Below are positions 1 through 9,155 of a stretch of DNA of 64,000 nucleotides, one piece after another. The DNA is taken from NCBI GenBank assembly GCA_050015375.1, contig JBEKBN010000001.1, positions 34,683 through 98,682 of the forward strand, in the 5' to 3' direction. The notes below the pieces were generated by a model, which had not been told where the DNA came from, did no database searches, and saw only the letters and a list, made by a program, of their open reading frames with translations. Every line of letters starts with the position of its first letter. The first letter of the stretch is position 1. Source of the stretch: Minisyncoccia bacterium (GTDB lineage Bacteria > Patescibacteriota > Minisyncoccia > 2-02-FULL-40-12 > IGHO2-01-FULL-4-A). The position numbers were made by a program, and so were the translations under genes.

Positions 1-653
1 TCATCAGCGGATCGAGGATCGCCGATACCAATAACAAGACCGTTTCCCGGGTTTTCGCTCTTGATACCAAAAACGGCATCATTGGTTATTACGACAAACG
101 GCTGCTTACGCCGGGCGGCGAATTTCTTCCTTACGCGTTCAAATTCGCCCTGAACCTTTCCGCCAAAGGCAAGATAAGCGCCTTCGGCCAAGCCAGGGAA
201 TTCAGCATCGGTGAAAATAAAAAAACAAATTTCGCGCTCGGTGGAAAATTTACAGTCGCGCCCGTGGTTTGCTCGGAAATCATGTCGCCAGACATTGTCA
301 GAAAGAACTCGAACGGCAAAGACGTCATCGTCGCCATGGCCAGCATGGCGATCTATCACGGCGCCAAAGATAATATTTCGGAAGTTTTGGCCGTTTCACG
401 TTTTCGGGCTGCCGAAAACCAAAAACCGCTTCTCTTATCAGCCAATATGGGGCTCTCTTACGCCATTGACGGCCGGGGAGTAGTCCAGAAGATCACTACC
501 GACGAACAGCCCCAGATATTAACAGGAGATATGGACATTGGCCAAGGAAAATCGTGGTATAATGGATATGGCAATTGGCCGGCATTGATTGCGGCCGGTT
601 TGGGCGTGGTAGCGTTAATTTTTATGAACAAAAAACATGTCAAATCGTCTTAA
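1..653 (+). CDS. lnt: apolipoprotein N-acyltransferase (Lnt), C-terminal part; 5' end lies outside the window
   Basis: Open frame from nt 3. Translation ...YDKRLLTPGGEFLPY...VCSEIMSPD...MGLSYAIDGRG resembles the carbon-nitrogen hydrolase domain of Lnt (catalytic Cys in CSE). C-terminal TM helix; TAA stop at 651-653. Confidence 0.5.
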   Translation, partial: ISGSRIADTNNKTVSRVFALDTKNGIIGYYDKRLLTPGGEFLPYAFKFALNLSAKGKISAFGQAREFSIGENKKTNFALGGKFTVAPVVCSEIMSPDIVRKNSNGKDVIVAMASMAIYHGAKDNISEVLAVSRFRAAENQKPLLLSANMGLSYAIDGRGVVQKITTDEQPQILTGDMDIGQGKSWYNGYGNWPALIAAGLGVVALIFMNKKHVKSS

Positions 654-1671
654 AATCGTTTTGGGCATTCTGGTTTTCATAACCGGCTTTTTGGTTATCC
701 GGGTTGGCTCCGTCCTGACAAGCAAAGTCAAGCTCGCCGACACCACCGCCAGTATTGCCGGCGCCATCAGCAATAACGGCGACTTCACGCCGGTGGACCC
801 GATGACCGTCGATTCCGATCATGATGGCCTTCCGGATCGGGAGGAAATAATTTACGGCACCGACCCTAATAATCCCGACACCGACGGTGACGGTTTTACG
901 GATGGCGAAGAGGTAGCGGCCGGCACTGATCCATTGGATCCGAATGACAACATAGCGACTAGAAAAGCCGGCACCAGCACCGGCAGTTTATCCTTGGTCT
1001 CACCCACGGCGAATTTGACCGACCGCCTCTTGAATACGGGCCTGGCATCTTTGATAGATGATTCGGGCAATCTGAATCCTGACGCCATGACCGACCAAAA
1101 ATACGCCGATATTTTAAATACTATAAACGCCGCCGCCGCCGCCGGACTCGCGCCGACGACGATCGCTGATAGCGACATCAAGATCATTAGCGACAACAGC
1201 CCGGCGGCCATTACCAAATACATCAACACCGTTTCTTCAATAATTGAAGAAGGAATATTTGGTCCCACCGGCGCGATGATAACCGGTACGTCCGACGACA
1301 TCATCGGTTTATCCCAAAATGAAAATTATTATCAAAATAAATATAACGCCTTGAAAGTCATTGAGGTGCCGTCGTCGTGGAAGGAAATAGACAAAACGAC
1401 TTTGACCAGTTTGCAATCTTTGGCCAATGCTACCAAAGCTCTCACACCCGATGCAATAAATTCCGACCCGGTCATGGCTAGTTATGCTTTGAATCAACTC
1501 CAGAACGCATTTTTAACCCTAACTGACTTGATCAGCCAAGCATGCAGTTTGGCCCAATCCCAGAATGTCCCGATCAAGGATTCAATTTTTGATATGCTGA
1601 AAGCCGTCAATGTATCGGCTTCTCCGACACCTCAGATTTCTGCAACACCTCAAGTTTCTCCGATACCATAA
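637..1671 (+). CDS. membrane-anchored secreted protein with thrombospondin-type-3-like Ca-binding repeats
   Basis: N-terminal TM helix (LGILVFITGFLVI), then DSDHDGLPDREE / DPNNPDTDGDGFTDGEE / DPLDPND aspartate-rich repeats. Start overlaps the lnt stop. Confidence 0.5.
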   Translation: MSNRLKIVLGILVFITGFLVIRVGSVLTSKVKLADTTASIAGAISNNGDFTPVDPMTVDSDHDGLPDREEIIYGTDPNNPDTDGDGFTDGEEVAAGTDPLDPNDNIATRKAGTSTGSLSLVSPTANLTDRLLNTGLASLIDDSGNLNPDAMTDQKYADILNTINAAAAAGLAPTTIADSDIKIISDNSPAAITKYINTVSSIIEEGIFGPTGAMITGTSDDIIGLSQNENYYQNKYNALKVIEVPSSWKEIDKTTLTSLQSLANATKALTPDAINSDPVMASYALNQLQNAFLTLTDLISQACSLAQSQNVPIKDSIFDMLKAVNVSASPTPQISATPQVSPIP

Positions 1672-1677
1672 TAAGCT

Positions 1678-3060
1678 ATGGCCAAATTTAAAAAAATCTT
1701 CGCTTCAGTTGTCATCGCCTTTTTGATTTTTGATCTCCTAGTAATTTCATCGAAAAATGCCCAGGCTGCTGCTTTTATCGGTGACCCTTTGGAATTCACC
1801 AAACAATACATAATTTACCCTCTCGTCAGAGCAATTGCCAATTCGTTTGAAAGTATTCTTATCAACAAACTCAATCAACAGATAATCGGCGCTAACGGCG
1901 CCGTGCCATCGTTCATCACCAACTGGCGCAACCATCTTTTGGATTCCGAGGCCCGAGGCAATGATGTTTTCCGCTCGGTTCTGGCTGATGCAAATATCTG
2001 CGGTTTTATGTCGAGTAACATTAAGACGGCTTTCGGCGCCGATCTGTTCGCCGGTTCGATCGCCGGCGCGACCGTGAAGGACGCCAGCGGCAAAGTCGTC
2101 TACACCAACGAGACCAATGTGCCGGGCATGGCCTCTTTCCAGGAATCGGCGAAGTGTACCCTGCCGGCAAATTTTGATGTCAATGCCTTCAATCAGGATT
2201 TTTCTAAAGGCGGCTGGGCGGCCTGGGATCAAATGCTTGAGCCCCAGAACAATCTTTTCGGCATCTACACAATGGCTTTGGGTGAACAGCAAGCTCAGAT
2301 CGCCACCGAGCAAACCTCGACTATGAACTCGGCTGTCGCCGGCAATGGATTTTTGTCAAGCAAGTTGGGCAATGCCGTGGGTTCGGCTCTAGGAGTAAGC
2401 GGATCAGCTACCGGGCCGACCGGTTGCGTTGACACGGCCGGAACCCTGTCCGGTGGGGTCCAGGGCCCTACCATGACTACCCGTTGCACCTTCATGGGTA
2501 AGGATGTTACGCCAGGTTTTCTTAAAGCTGGCGGCGCCGGTTCGGCGATAGGCACAAAAATCGGCCAACCTCAAGCAGCTAAAGAAATTACGGATGTTGT
2601 GTTGAGTCTTTTTAATGACGTGCTTAAGGTGGTCGCGGACGCGACCGGCTCGGTTGGCAACTATCTGGGTCAAGCATCATACGACGCGACTGTCGGCTCC
2701 TTACCTGGCTTTAGCGAAACCCAGAAACAAGCCGGCGCCAGCGACACCCAGATCAATCAGGTCCAGCAACAGGTCAATCAAACCTCGGCTCAACTCGGTC
2801 AAAAAGAAAGCGCTACGGCAAGCGCCGCCAGTGGCACTTGCAGTTCGACTTGCATGGCTACCAAAGCGACGACCTGCACAACTAACAACCAGGTCACCAC
2901 TTGCAACCCAGTGACCGATCCCGTAACCGGCCAGACAACACAAAGTTGCCAGACCAGCACCGACCCAACCGGCTACAACGCCTGCATGGCCCAAGCCCAG
3001 ACCGATTGTAACGCTCAATGCCCGGTCGTGCCTACAGTAAGTATTCCGCCTCCGCCCTAA
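1678..3060 (+). CDS. secreted Gly-rich protein with Thr/Cys-rich C-terminal tail, hypothetical
   Basis: Signal peptide MAKFKKIFASVVIAFLIFDLLVISSKNAQA. C-terminus TCSSTCMATKATTCTTNNQVTTCNPV...CNAQCP. First gene of the T4SS-like block. Confidence 0.45.
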   Translation: MAKFKKIFASVVIAFLIFDLLVISSKNAQAAAFIGDPLEFTKQYIIYPLVRAIANSFESILINKLNQQIIGANGAVPSFITNWRNHLLDSEARGNDVFRSVLADANICGFMSSNIKTAFGADLFAGSIAGATVKDASGKVVYTNETNVPGMASFQESAKCTLPANFDVNAFNQDFSKGGWAAWDQMLEPQNNLFGIYTMALGEQQAQIATEQTSTMNSAVAGNGFLSSKLGNAVGSALGVSGSATGPTGCVDTAGTLSGGVQGPTMTTRCTFMGKDVTPGFLKAGGAGSAIGTKIGQPQAAKEITDVVLSLFNDVLKVVADATGSVGNYLGQASYDATVGSLPGFSETQKQAGASDTQINQVQQQVNQTSAQLGQKESATASAASGTCSSTCMATKATTCTTNNQVTTCNPVTDPVTGQTTQSCQTSTDPTGYNACMAQAQTDCNAQCPVVPTVSIPPPP

Positions 3061-3067
3061 GACCTAA

Positions 3068-5230
3068 ATGCGACTATTTAAAATAAGCAAAAAAATCATT
3101 CCGATAATAGTCATCGTCGCGATGCTGATTTTGATTTTGCCCCAGCATCAAGCGAAGGCGGATCTTCCGGGCCTTGGTAGCATGGCAATAGGCGGCGTCG
3201 CGAGTTGGATAATGAACACAATCATCACAGGAGTGGGTACAGCGATTAGTTGGTCAGCTGGGCTTTTGGATTCTTTCATCGGCATGACTTCTTTTAACCC
3301 CCCATCCCAAGTTCAGGACAGTTGGAAAATGATTCGTGATTTCGTAAACATGTTTTTTATCCTGGTTCTGGTTATTATGGCATTCGGCACGATATTCGAT
3401 CTCCAAAAATATAACTATAAAACATTACTTTCGAGTTTTCTAATTGCTGCGATTTTTGTGAATTTTAGCTATGCAATCGGCATTTATATCTGGAACATCT
3501 CCAATGGCCTCGCTCATATTTTTTTGAGCACGATTCAGGGCGCAAGTAACCAAAGCGTGAGCGCAATCCTTGGCAACGGGCTAAGCTTGGGTCATTTTGT
3601 GACTTGGAACGGAGGCAATGCCGTAAATATCAGCGGCATTTCCAGCACGACAAGCATCGGGGCAGGTTCACCAATAATTACTTCCGTCTTCTTTATAGTA
3701 TTTTTAGTGATGGCTTTGATGGCAATCTTGTCGGCCGCTATTTTTGCTTTCATCAGAATCCCGTTCATCTGGTTCTTTCTTATCATTTCTCCAATCGCAT
3801 GGTTAAGTTATGCCCTGCCTAGCATGCGAAGCGCCGGTTGGAGCAAATGGTGGAAAAATTTTTTAGGCTGGTGTTTCTTTTTGCCGATTTATCTTTTTTT
3901 CCTGATGTTCGCCGTGATTTTTATTCATGTCAAGGACTCGAAAATTACCGAGATCGCAAAACAGCAGGCATTTTTGGCAGGCCCGCAGGCGCAATATGGC
4001 AACACTATGGCTGGGTTATTCCAGGCCATCGGTTTGAACGATATCTTCTTTTTTGTCGTAACGATTATTATCATGGTTTACGGATTGGCCATGGCGAAAA
4101 CGGTTGCCTTCGCGGGTGGTAGCCGAGCCATGAAAATTTTCGGTGGCATTGAGAACGGGGTCAAGCGCTACTTCCCGGGTTCGAGAACGGCACGAGGTAT
4201 ATACGCAGGTGCAAAGCAGGGATATGAGGCCAGAGTCGAAAGAGCCAAGACCGAGGGCGTTGGTTTTGGACGATTTAGAATTGGCGGTGAGAGTAAACTA
4301 AAAGGGACAATTGCCGAAATGGGCGGTTTTGGTGAAAGAGGGGCCAGAGAAAAACAGTTCGCCGCCGAAGTTAAAAAATTAAAAGAATCGATGGCAAATA
4401 TCGGCGATATCGAGCGTATCAGAAAAATGTCTCAGTCTGGCTCGGCTTACCAACAGCTTGCTGCAGCCGAAATACTCAGAGAAAGAAATGCGATGTCCGG
4501 CCAGGAGATGATTGATACGTACAAAAAATACCGAGAGAATAAGGCGTATGTTTCCGCGACTAGATTTATCAGTAGTGTAGACTTCAAGGATCTATCTGGG
4601 GAAGAAAGACGTGCCATCAACGCGAATCTGAATGTTACAGATCTTGAAGCTAAAAGAAAAATCGCCAAAGTCATGGCAGAAAAGGGCGACTTTAAGGCAC
4701 CACTGGGAACACCGGATAATATGAAAGTTCAAGCCGTCGCCGACCAGATTACTAAGGCCGCCGAATTGTTTGCTACGGCTGGGGACAGATTGGATATCTT
4801 GCAGAAAGCGAAGAAAGGTAACATCGAAGCAGCTGCTATAGCCACTGTTAATCTTAAGATACAGGATAAGGATGGGAATATTATTAAAACCACCGATGAC
4901 GCTATCACTAAGCTATTCATTGATTCTATCAGAAAAGCAAAGGTTGACGATATGATCGATCTTTCAAAGGAAACCCTCGCGAATGAGGAAGTAAAAAAGA
5001 TAATTCTGGATAAATTAGACAGAGATTTTCGGACAAAAAATGATTTTATGAATCGAGCAACTGATAAACAAAAAATGGCATTGGGTCTTCCTACTGGCCA
5101 ACAACCACCGCAGACATTCAATGTGGGCGAGGGAATTAGTAGCAATGTGGAACGAGACGGAAATCCGAAAGTAATTCTCGCTTCCGAAAATAATGTCATC
5201 GACCTCCGCAATAAATCTGGCGATGATTAA
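3068..5230 (+). CDS. polytopic membrane protein, VirB6/TrbL-like (putative T4SS channel component)
   Basis: 720 aa. N-terminal signal/TM, then about 6-7 hydrophobic helices in the first 300 aa, and a long charged C-terminal domain. Position upstream of VirB3-like/VirB4 genes. Confidence 0.4.
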   Translation: MRLFKISKKIIPIIVIVAMLILILPQHQAKADLPGLGSMAIGGVASWIMNTIITGVGTAISWSAGLLDSFIGMTSFNPPSQVQDSWKMIRDFVNMFFILVLVIMAFGTIFDLQKYNYKTLLSSFLIAAIFVNFSYAIGIYIWNISNGLAHIFLSTIQGASNQSVSAILGNGLSLGHFVTWNGGNAVNISGISSTTSIGAGSPIITSVFFIVFLVMALMAILSAAIFAFIRIPFIWFFLIISPIAWLSYALPSMRSAGWSKWWKNFLGWCFFLPIYLFFLMFAVIFIHVKDSKITEIAKQQAFLAGPQAQYGNTMAGLFQAIGLNDIFFFVVTIIIMVYGLAMAKTVAFAGGSRAMKIFGGIENGVKRYFPGSRTARGIYAGAKQGYEARVERAKTEGVGFGRFRIGGESKLKGTIAEMGGFGERGAREKQFAAEVKKLKESMANIGDIERIRKMSQSGSAYQQLAAAEILRERNAMSGQEMIDTYKKYRENKAYVSATRFISSVDFKDLSGEERRAINANLNVTDLEAKRKIAKVMAEKGDFKAPLGTPDNMKVQAVADQITKAAELFATAGDRLDILQKAKKGNIEAAAIATVNLKIQDKDGNIIKTTDDAITKLFIDSIRKAKVDDMIDLSKETLANEEVKKIILDKLDRDFRTKNDFMNRATDKQKMALGLPTGQQPPQTFNVGEGISSNVERDGNPKVILASENNVIDLRNKSGDD

Positions 5231-5234
5231 AATT

Positions 5235-5260
5235 AAAAAAGCGCGATTTGTCGCGCTTGT
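5235..5260. terminator. bidirectional hairpin terminator between convergent genes
   Basis: AAGCGCGA-TTTG-TCGCGCTT perfect 8-bp stem. A-tract on its left gives a U-tract for the minus-strand gene ending at 5289. Confidence 0.5.
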
Positions 5261-5288
5261 CAGTTTGTTCGCTTCTTCTTGAGCGGGT

Positions 5289-5912
5289 TTAAGCTCTCCT
5301 GTAGTTTAGCACATAACGAACAAGGTCTTTTATATAAGTATCTGAAACTTCACATCCTTTATATTCCTGAAATAGCACTCCGCCATACCACCCATTTTCT
5401 GGTCGCCTCCCCCTGAAACCACGCTTATGGACGCAAACCTCAAAATAAAAAGACCTTTGATCGGAATTATAGATAATATGGACAAGCCTATCCCTAAAAC
5501 GAGTGCTCGGGTCAAAGAGTAGATAACACTCTGAAACAGTCCATTGTTTATCCAGATTTTTTCCGTATACCTTGCTCTCGGTTCGAATTTCCATTCCGGA
5601 GTTAAGTTCTGATTCGATTAACTTCTTGACCCTGAGAGCGACCGGTTTAACTATTTGGAGATTGGGCTCATTTTCATATTTTTCTTGTAGTTTTTCAGAT
5701 TCCCTATGCTCTGTCTCTCTGTCTCGCCGCCTTTTTTCTTCTTCCCGTAGCTGTTCTTCGCGCTGTTCTTGTTTTTCTTGTAACAAATAAGCCCTATAGC
5801 CCTCCTGTTGACCCTCCCACTCTTCTCGGCTTTGGAATAAGCCTGGCGACGAACCGGGCTGATGTCCTCTAAGACCCCTTTCGTATCCATCGGTTTTCTT
5901 AGACATATTCAC
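5289..5912 (-). CDS. hypothetical protein with charged coiled-coil N-terminus
   Basis: 207-aa ORF on the opposite strand inside the T4SS-like block; E/R/K/Q-rich N-terminal half. No recognisable motif. Confidence 0.4.
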   Translation of the reverse strand: MNMSKKTDGYERGLRGHQPGSSPGLFQSREEWEGQQEGYRAYLLQEKQEQREEQLREEEKRRRDRETEHRESEKLQEKYENEPNLQIVKPVALRVKKLIESELNSGMEIRTESKVYGKNLDKQWTVSECYLLFDPSTRFRDRLVHIIYNSDQRSFYFEVCVHKRGFRGRRPENGWYGGVLFQEYKGCEVSDTYIKDLVRYVLNYRRA

Positions 5913-5992
5913 ACTCCTTTTGGTTGTTTTCTGCTATAATTGTATAGGTGCTGACTGTCTAGGACACTAACAGGGCCTGATAATTAAGTCAA

Positions 5993-6316
5993 ATGCGTTT
6001 TCAAGTTCCACAATTCATCGAGACCGAGACCAAGCTCGTCGGGCCGCTCACGCTCAGGCAGTTTATATACATCGGCGCCGGGGCGCTGATAATTTTCCTT
6101 CTCCGGTATGTTCTTACCAGCGTTTTTTTGTGGATCATGGCGGACATTCCCATCGGCGCTCTGGCCGCCGGTCTGGCGTTCTACAAAATTGACAGCGTGC
6201 CGTTGCCCCGCTATCTGGTGTCGGCGACAAGTTTTCTTTTCGGCGGCAAAAAATATATTTATAAAAAAGAACCGCCGGATAATTCCGATGTAAATCAACT
6301 CTTGAATAAAAATTAA
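5993..6316 (+). CDS. small 2-TM membrane protein (VirB3/PrgI-like position)
   Basis: 107 aa with two hydrophobic helices (GAGALIIFLLRYVLTSVFLWI, ADIPIGALAAGLAFY). Sits immediately upstream of VirB4-family ORFs, as VirB3/PrgI does in conjugation loci. Confidence 0.35.
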   Translation: MRFQVPQFIETETKLVGPLTLRQFIYIGAGALIIFLLRYVLTSVFLWIMADIPIGALAAGLAFYKIDSVPLPRYLVSATSFLFGGKKYIYKKEPPDNSDVNQLLNKN

Positions 6317-6317
6317 A

Positions 6318-6968
6318 ATGCCGCCAAACACCAAACCAGACAATAAAATAGCCACGACCAAGGATTTCGTCCAGATCGCCGATATCCGCGATTCGGTTTT
6401 GATCTTAAAAGACGGCGGTTTGAAATCTCTCATCGAGGTCAATTCGATGAACTTCGAGCTCAAATCAGCCGACGAGCAGACGGCTATTATTCAGTCGTTC
6501 CAGAATTTCGTGAACTCGCTGGATTTTTCTCTCCAGATCGTGGTCAATTCCCGAAAACTCGATCTCAAGCCCTATTTGAAATTCGTTGACGGCATCATCG
6601 CCGAGCAGAAAAACGAGCTTTTGAAGATCCAGGCCATTGATTACAGCCGGCTCCTGACCGGCCTGACCGAACTCTCCAACATTATGGAAAAAAAGTTCTA
6701 CGTCGTGGTGCCGTTTTTCGGCGTCGAGACGCCAAAGACCAAAGCCGGTTTTCTCAGCGCTTTCAAGGGCGTTCTGACGCCATCGGAATTTGCCAAAGCG
6801 ATCAGCGATGAGCAATTCCAGACCTACAAAACTCAGCTCGACCAACGAATAGAACTTATCGCCGGCGGCATCAGCGCTCTGGGACTTGAGGCCAAAGTTC
6901 TCAAAGATGACGAACTGAAAAAACTTTTCTATTCATATTACAATCCCGGGCAACATCTGGAAGCGTAA
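6318..6968 (+). CDS. VirB4-family N-terminal domain-like protein (possible 5' part of a split VirB4)
   Basis: 216 aa. DFVQIADIRDSVLILKDGGLKSLIEVNSMNFELKSADEQTAIIQSFQNFVNSLDFSLQIVV resembles the N-terminal region of Gram-positive-type VirB4/ConE/Orf16 ATPases, from memory only. In frame with the next ORF; separated from it by one TAA. Confidence 0.4.
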   Translation: MPPNTKPDNKIATTKDFVQIADIRDSVLILKDGGLKSLIEVNSMNFELKSADEQTAIIQSFQNFVNSLDFSLQIVVNSRKLDLKPYLKFVDGIIAEQKNELLKIQAIDYSRLLTGLTELSNIMEKKFYVVVPFFGVETPKTKAGFLSAFKGVLTPSEFAKAISDEQFQTYKTQLDQRIELIAGGISALGLEAKVLKDDELKKLFYSYYNPGQHLEA

Positions 6969-6983
6969 AACTCAAAACGAAAC

Positions 6984-8753
6984 ATGCCATTTTTCGGAAA
7001 GAAAAAAGAAAAAGTTCAGGAAGATACCGCCAAGAAAACCTTCGACGATATTTTGGCGCCTTCGGCGATAAATCTTTCGGCAAATTACATCCAGATCGGC
7101 GACAAATTCGCTCGGACCTTGTTTGTCATCACTTATCCGAGATACCTCAATACCAATTGGTTCTCGCCGATAATCAACATGGACCAGCCGATGGATATTT
7201 CTATTTTCATTCACCCCTTGGACACCGGCGTTATTTTGAAAAAATTACGTGACAAGCTTGGACGCCTTGAAGCCGAGGTCATGGAAGACGAGTCGGCCGG
7301 CAAGGTCCGCGATCCGGTCAAGGAAACGGCGGTCAACGACATTGAGGAGCTTCGCGACAAACTCCAGCAGGGCACCGACAGGTTTTTCGAATTCGGTTTG
7401 TATGTCACGCTTTATGGCGACTCGGTCAAGGAACTTGACGAAGTTGAGAATAAAGTTCGGGCGATTCTGGACGCCCAATTGGTCTACACTAAGCCGGCGA
7501 CTTTCCGGATGAAAGAAGGTTTTTTCTCGACCATGCCTTTGAGCAACGACCAGTTGGATGTCCATACTTCGCTTAATACCGAACCGGTTTCTTCGCTGTT
7601 CCCGTTCGTCTCTTACGACCTGACCACCGACAAAGGGATACTTTACGGCGTCAATTCGCATAACAATTCTCTGGTGCTTTTCGACCGGTTCAGTTTGGAA
7701 AATTACAACATGGTCGTCTTCGGTAAATCCGGCGGCGGCAAATCCTACGCCGTTAAATTGGAGATAATGAGAAGTTTGATGCTTGGCGTTCAGGTGTTCG
7801 TTATTGATCCTGAGAATGAATTCAAATATCTTGCCGATACCGTCGGCGGCACTTCAATAAAAATATCCATTTCGTCAGAGGACCACATCAATCCTTTCGA
7901 CCTGCCCAAACCCCAGCCAGACGAATCGCCGGCCGATGTTTTGCGTTCACATATTTTGGACCTGATCGGGCTTTTGAAACTGATGCTTGGCACGATCACT
8001 TCCGACGAGGAAGCTATTCTTGACGAAGCCGTCATTCAGACCTATGCCATCAAAGATATCACCCAAAATTCCGATTTTTCCAGCGCCACGCCACCTCTCA
8101 TGTCCGATCTCTTGAGCGTGCTTGAAGGCATGACCGGCGCCCAGTCGCTGGCTGTCCGGCTGAAAAAATATACCGAGGGCAGTTTCGCCGGTTTTTTGAA
8201 CAACCCGACCAATGTCCGGCTTGATAATCAGTTGGTCGTTTTCGGCATCCGCGACATGGAGGAAGAGTTGCGGCCGGTGGCGATGTATCTGGTTCTAAAT
8301 TACATCTGGGCTCAAGTCCGGAGCGACATAAGAAAAAGATTGCTGGCGGTGGATGAGGCCTGGGTTTTGCTGAAATACGAGGTTGGCGGCGCTTTTCTTC
8401 TCAATATCGCCAAAAGGGCCAGGAAATATTATCTGGGCCTGACGACTATCTCCCAGGACATTCCCGATTTCATGAATTCGGCTTACGGCAAACCGATCGT
8501 CACCAACTCATCGCTCCAATTGCTTTTGCGCCAGTCGCCGGCTTCCATTGACCTTGTCCAACAAACATTCAATCTGACCGATTCCGAGAAATTTTTCCTG
8601 TTGGAATCGCGAGTCGGCCACGGGCTTTTCTTCGCCGGCCAGAATCATGTCGCTCTCCAGGTCGTTTCTTCTTACGCCGAAGACCAGGTCATTACTTCCG
8701 ACCCGCGCCAACTGGCCGACATCGAAGAGGCCAAAAAAGAACTAGAAAAGTAG
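6984..8753 (+). CDS. virB4: VirB4/TrbE/CagE-family conjugal-transfer ATPase (ATPase core)
   Basis: Walker A VVFGKSGGGKSYAV. Walker B LLAVDEAWVLL (DEAW typical of VirB4/TraC). Region before Walker A (KFARTLFVITYPRYLNTNWFSPII...DISIFIHPLD) is typical of VirB4. Confidence 0.7.
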   Translation: MPFFGKKKEKVQEDTAKKTFDDILAPSAINLSANYIQIGDKFARTLFVITYPRYLNTNWFSPIINMDQPMDISIFIHPLDTGVILKKLRDKLGRLEAEVMEDESAGKVRDPVKETAVNDIEELRDKLQQGTDRFFEFGLYVTLYGDSVKELDEVENKVRAILDAQLVYTKPATFRMKEGFFSTMPLSNDQLDVHTSLNTEPVSSLFPFVSYDLTTDKGILYGVNSHNNSLVLFDRFSLENYNMVVFGKSGGGKSYAVKLEIMRSLMLGVQVFVIDPENEFKYLADTVGGTSIKISISSEDHINPFDLPKPQPDESPADVLRSHILDLIGLLKLMLGTITSDEEAILDEAVIQTYAIKDITQNSDFSSATPPLMSDLLSVLEGMTGAQSLAVRLKKYTEGSFAGFLNNPTNVRLDNQLVVFGIRDMEEELRPVAMYLVLNYIWAQVRSDIRKRLLAVDEAWVLLKYEVGGAFLLNIAKRARKYYLGLTTISQDIPDFMNSAYGKPIVTNSSLQLLLRQSPASIDLVQQTFNLTDSEKFFLLESRVGHGLFFAGQNHVALQVVSSYAEDQVITSDPRQLADIEEAKKELEK

Positions 8754-8762
8754 GCACGCATC

Positions 8763-9155
8763 ATGGCTTACGAAGACGAAGTTCAAATGCAATTGGCGGC
8801 AGATCGCGCTCGTCAACAAAAAGCAGAAGAGGAATCTGCCCGCCAGCAATCAGCACCCGAACAAAAACCGATGGGCTGGGGTGTTTTTTTAATTAGTTTG
8901 GTTTTGAGTTTGATTGCCGATCTCTGTGAGATTTCGATCGTGGCCGCGCCACTTGTTCTTTTCATTGATGTCATCCTCGGTTTTATTCTTGGATTTTCAG
9001 CCGGCGCCAGAAAGCAATGGAAAAAATGGATAGCTGGTTTTTTACCGATCCCTTTGGTAAGAGTTGCTCTGTTGATCTGGGCGTTTGTTTCGTCCCGAAG
9101 TGAAAAATTACAAGCGATCTCCAATATCGCCTCGAAGGTCGCACCAAAAGTATGA
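8763..9155 (+). CDS. small membrane protein, hypothetical
   Basis: 130 aa. Charged N-terminus, then two hydrophobic helices. Immediately follows virB4. Confidence 0.4.
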   Translation: MAYEDEVQMQLAADRARQQKAEEESARQQSAPEQKPMGWGVFLISLVLSLIADLCEISIVAAPLVLFIDVILGFILGFSAGARKQWKKWIAGFLPIPLVRVALLIWAFVSSRSEKLQAISNIASKVAPKV

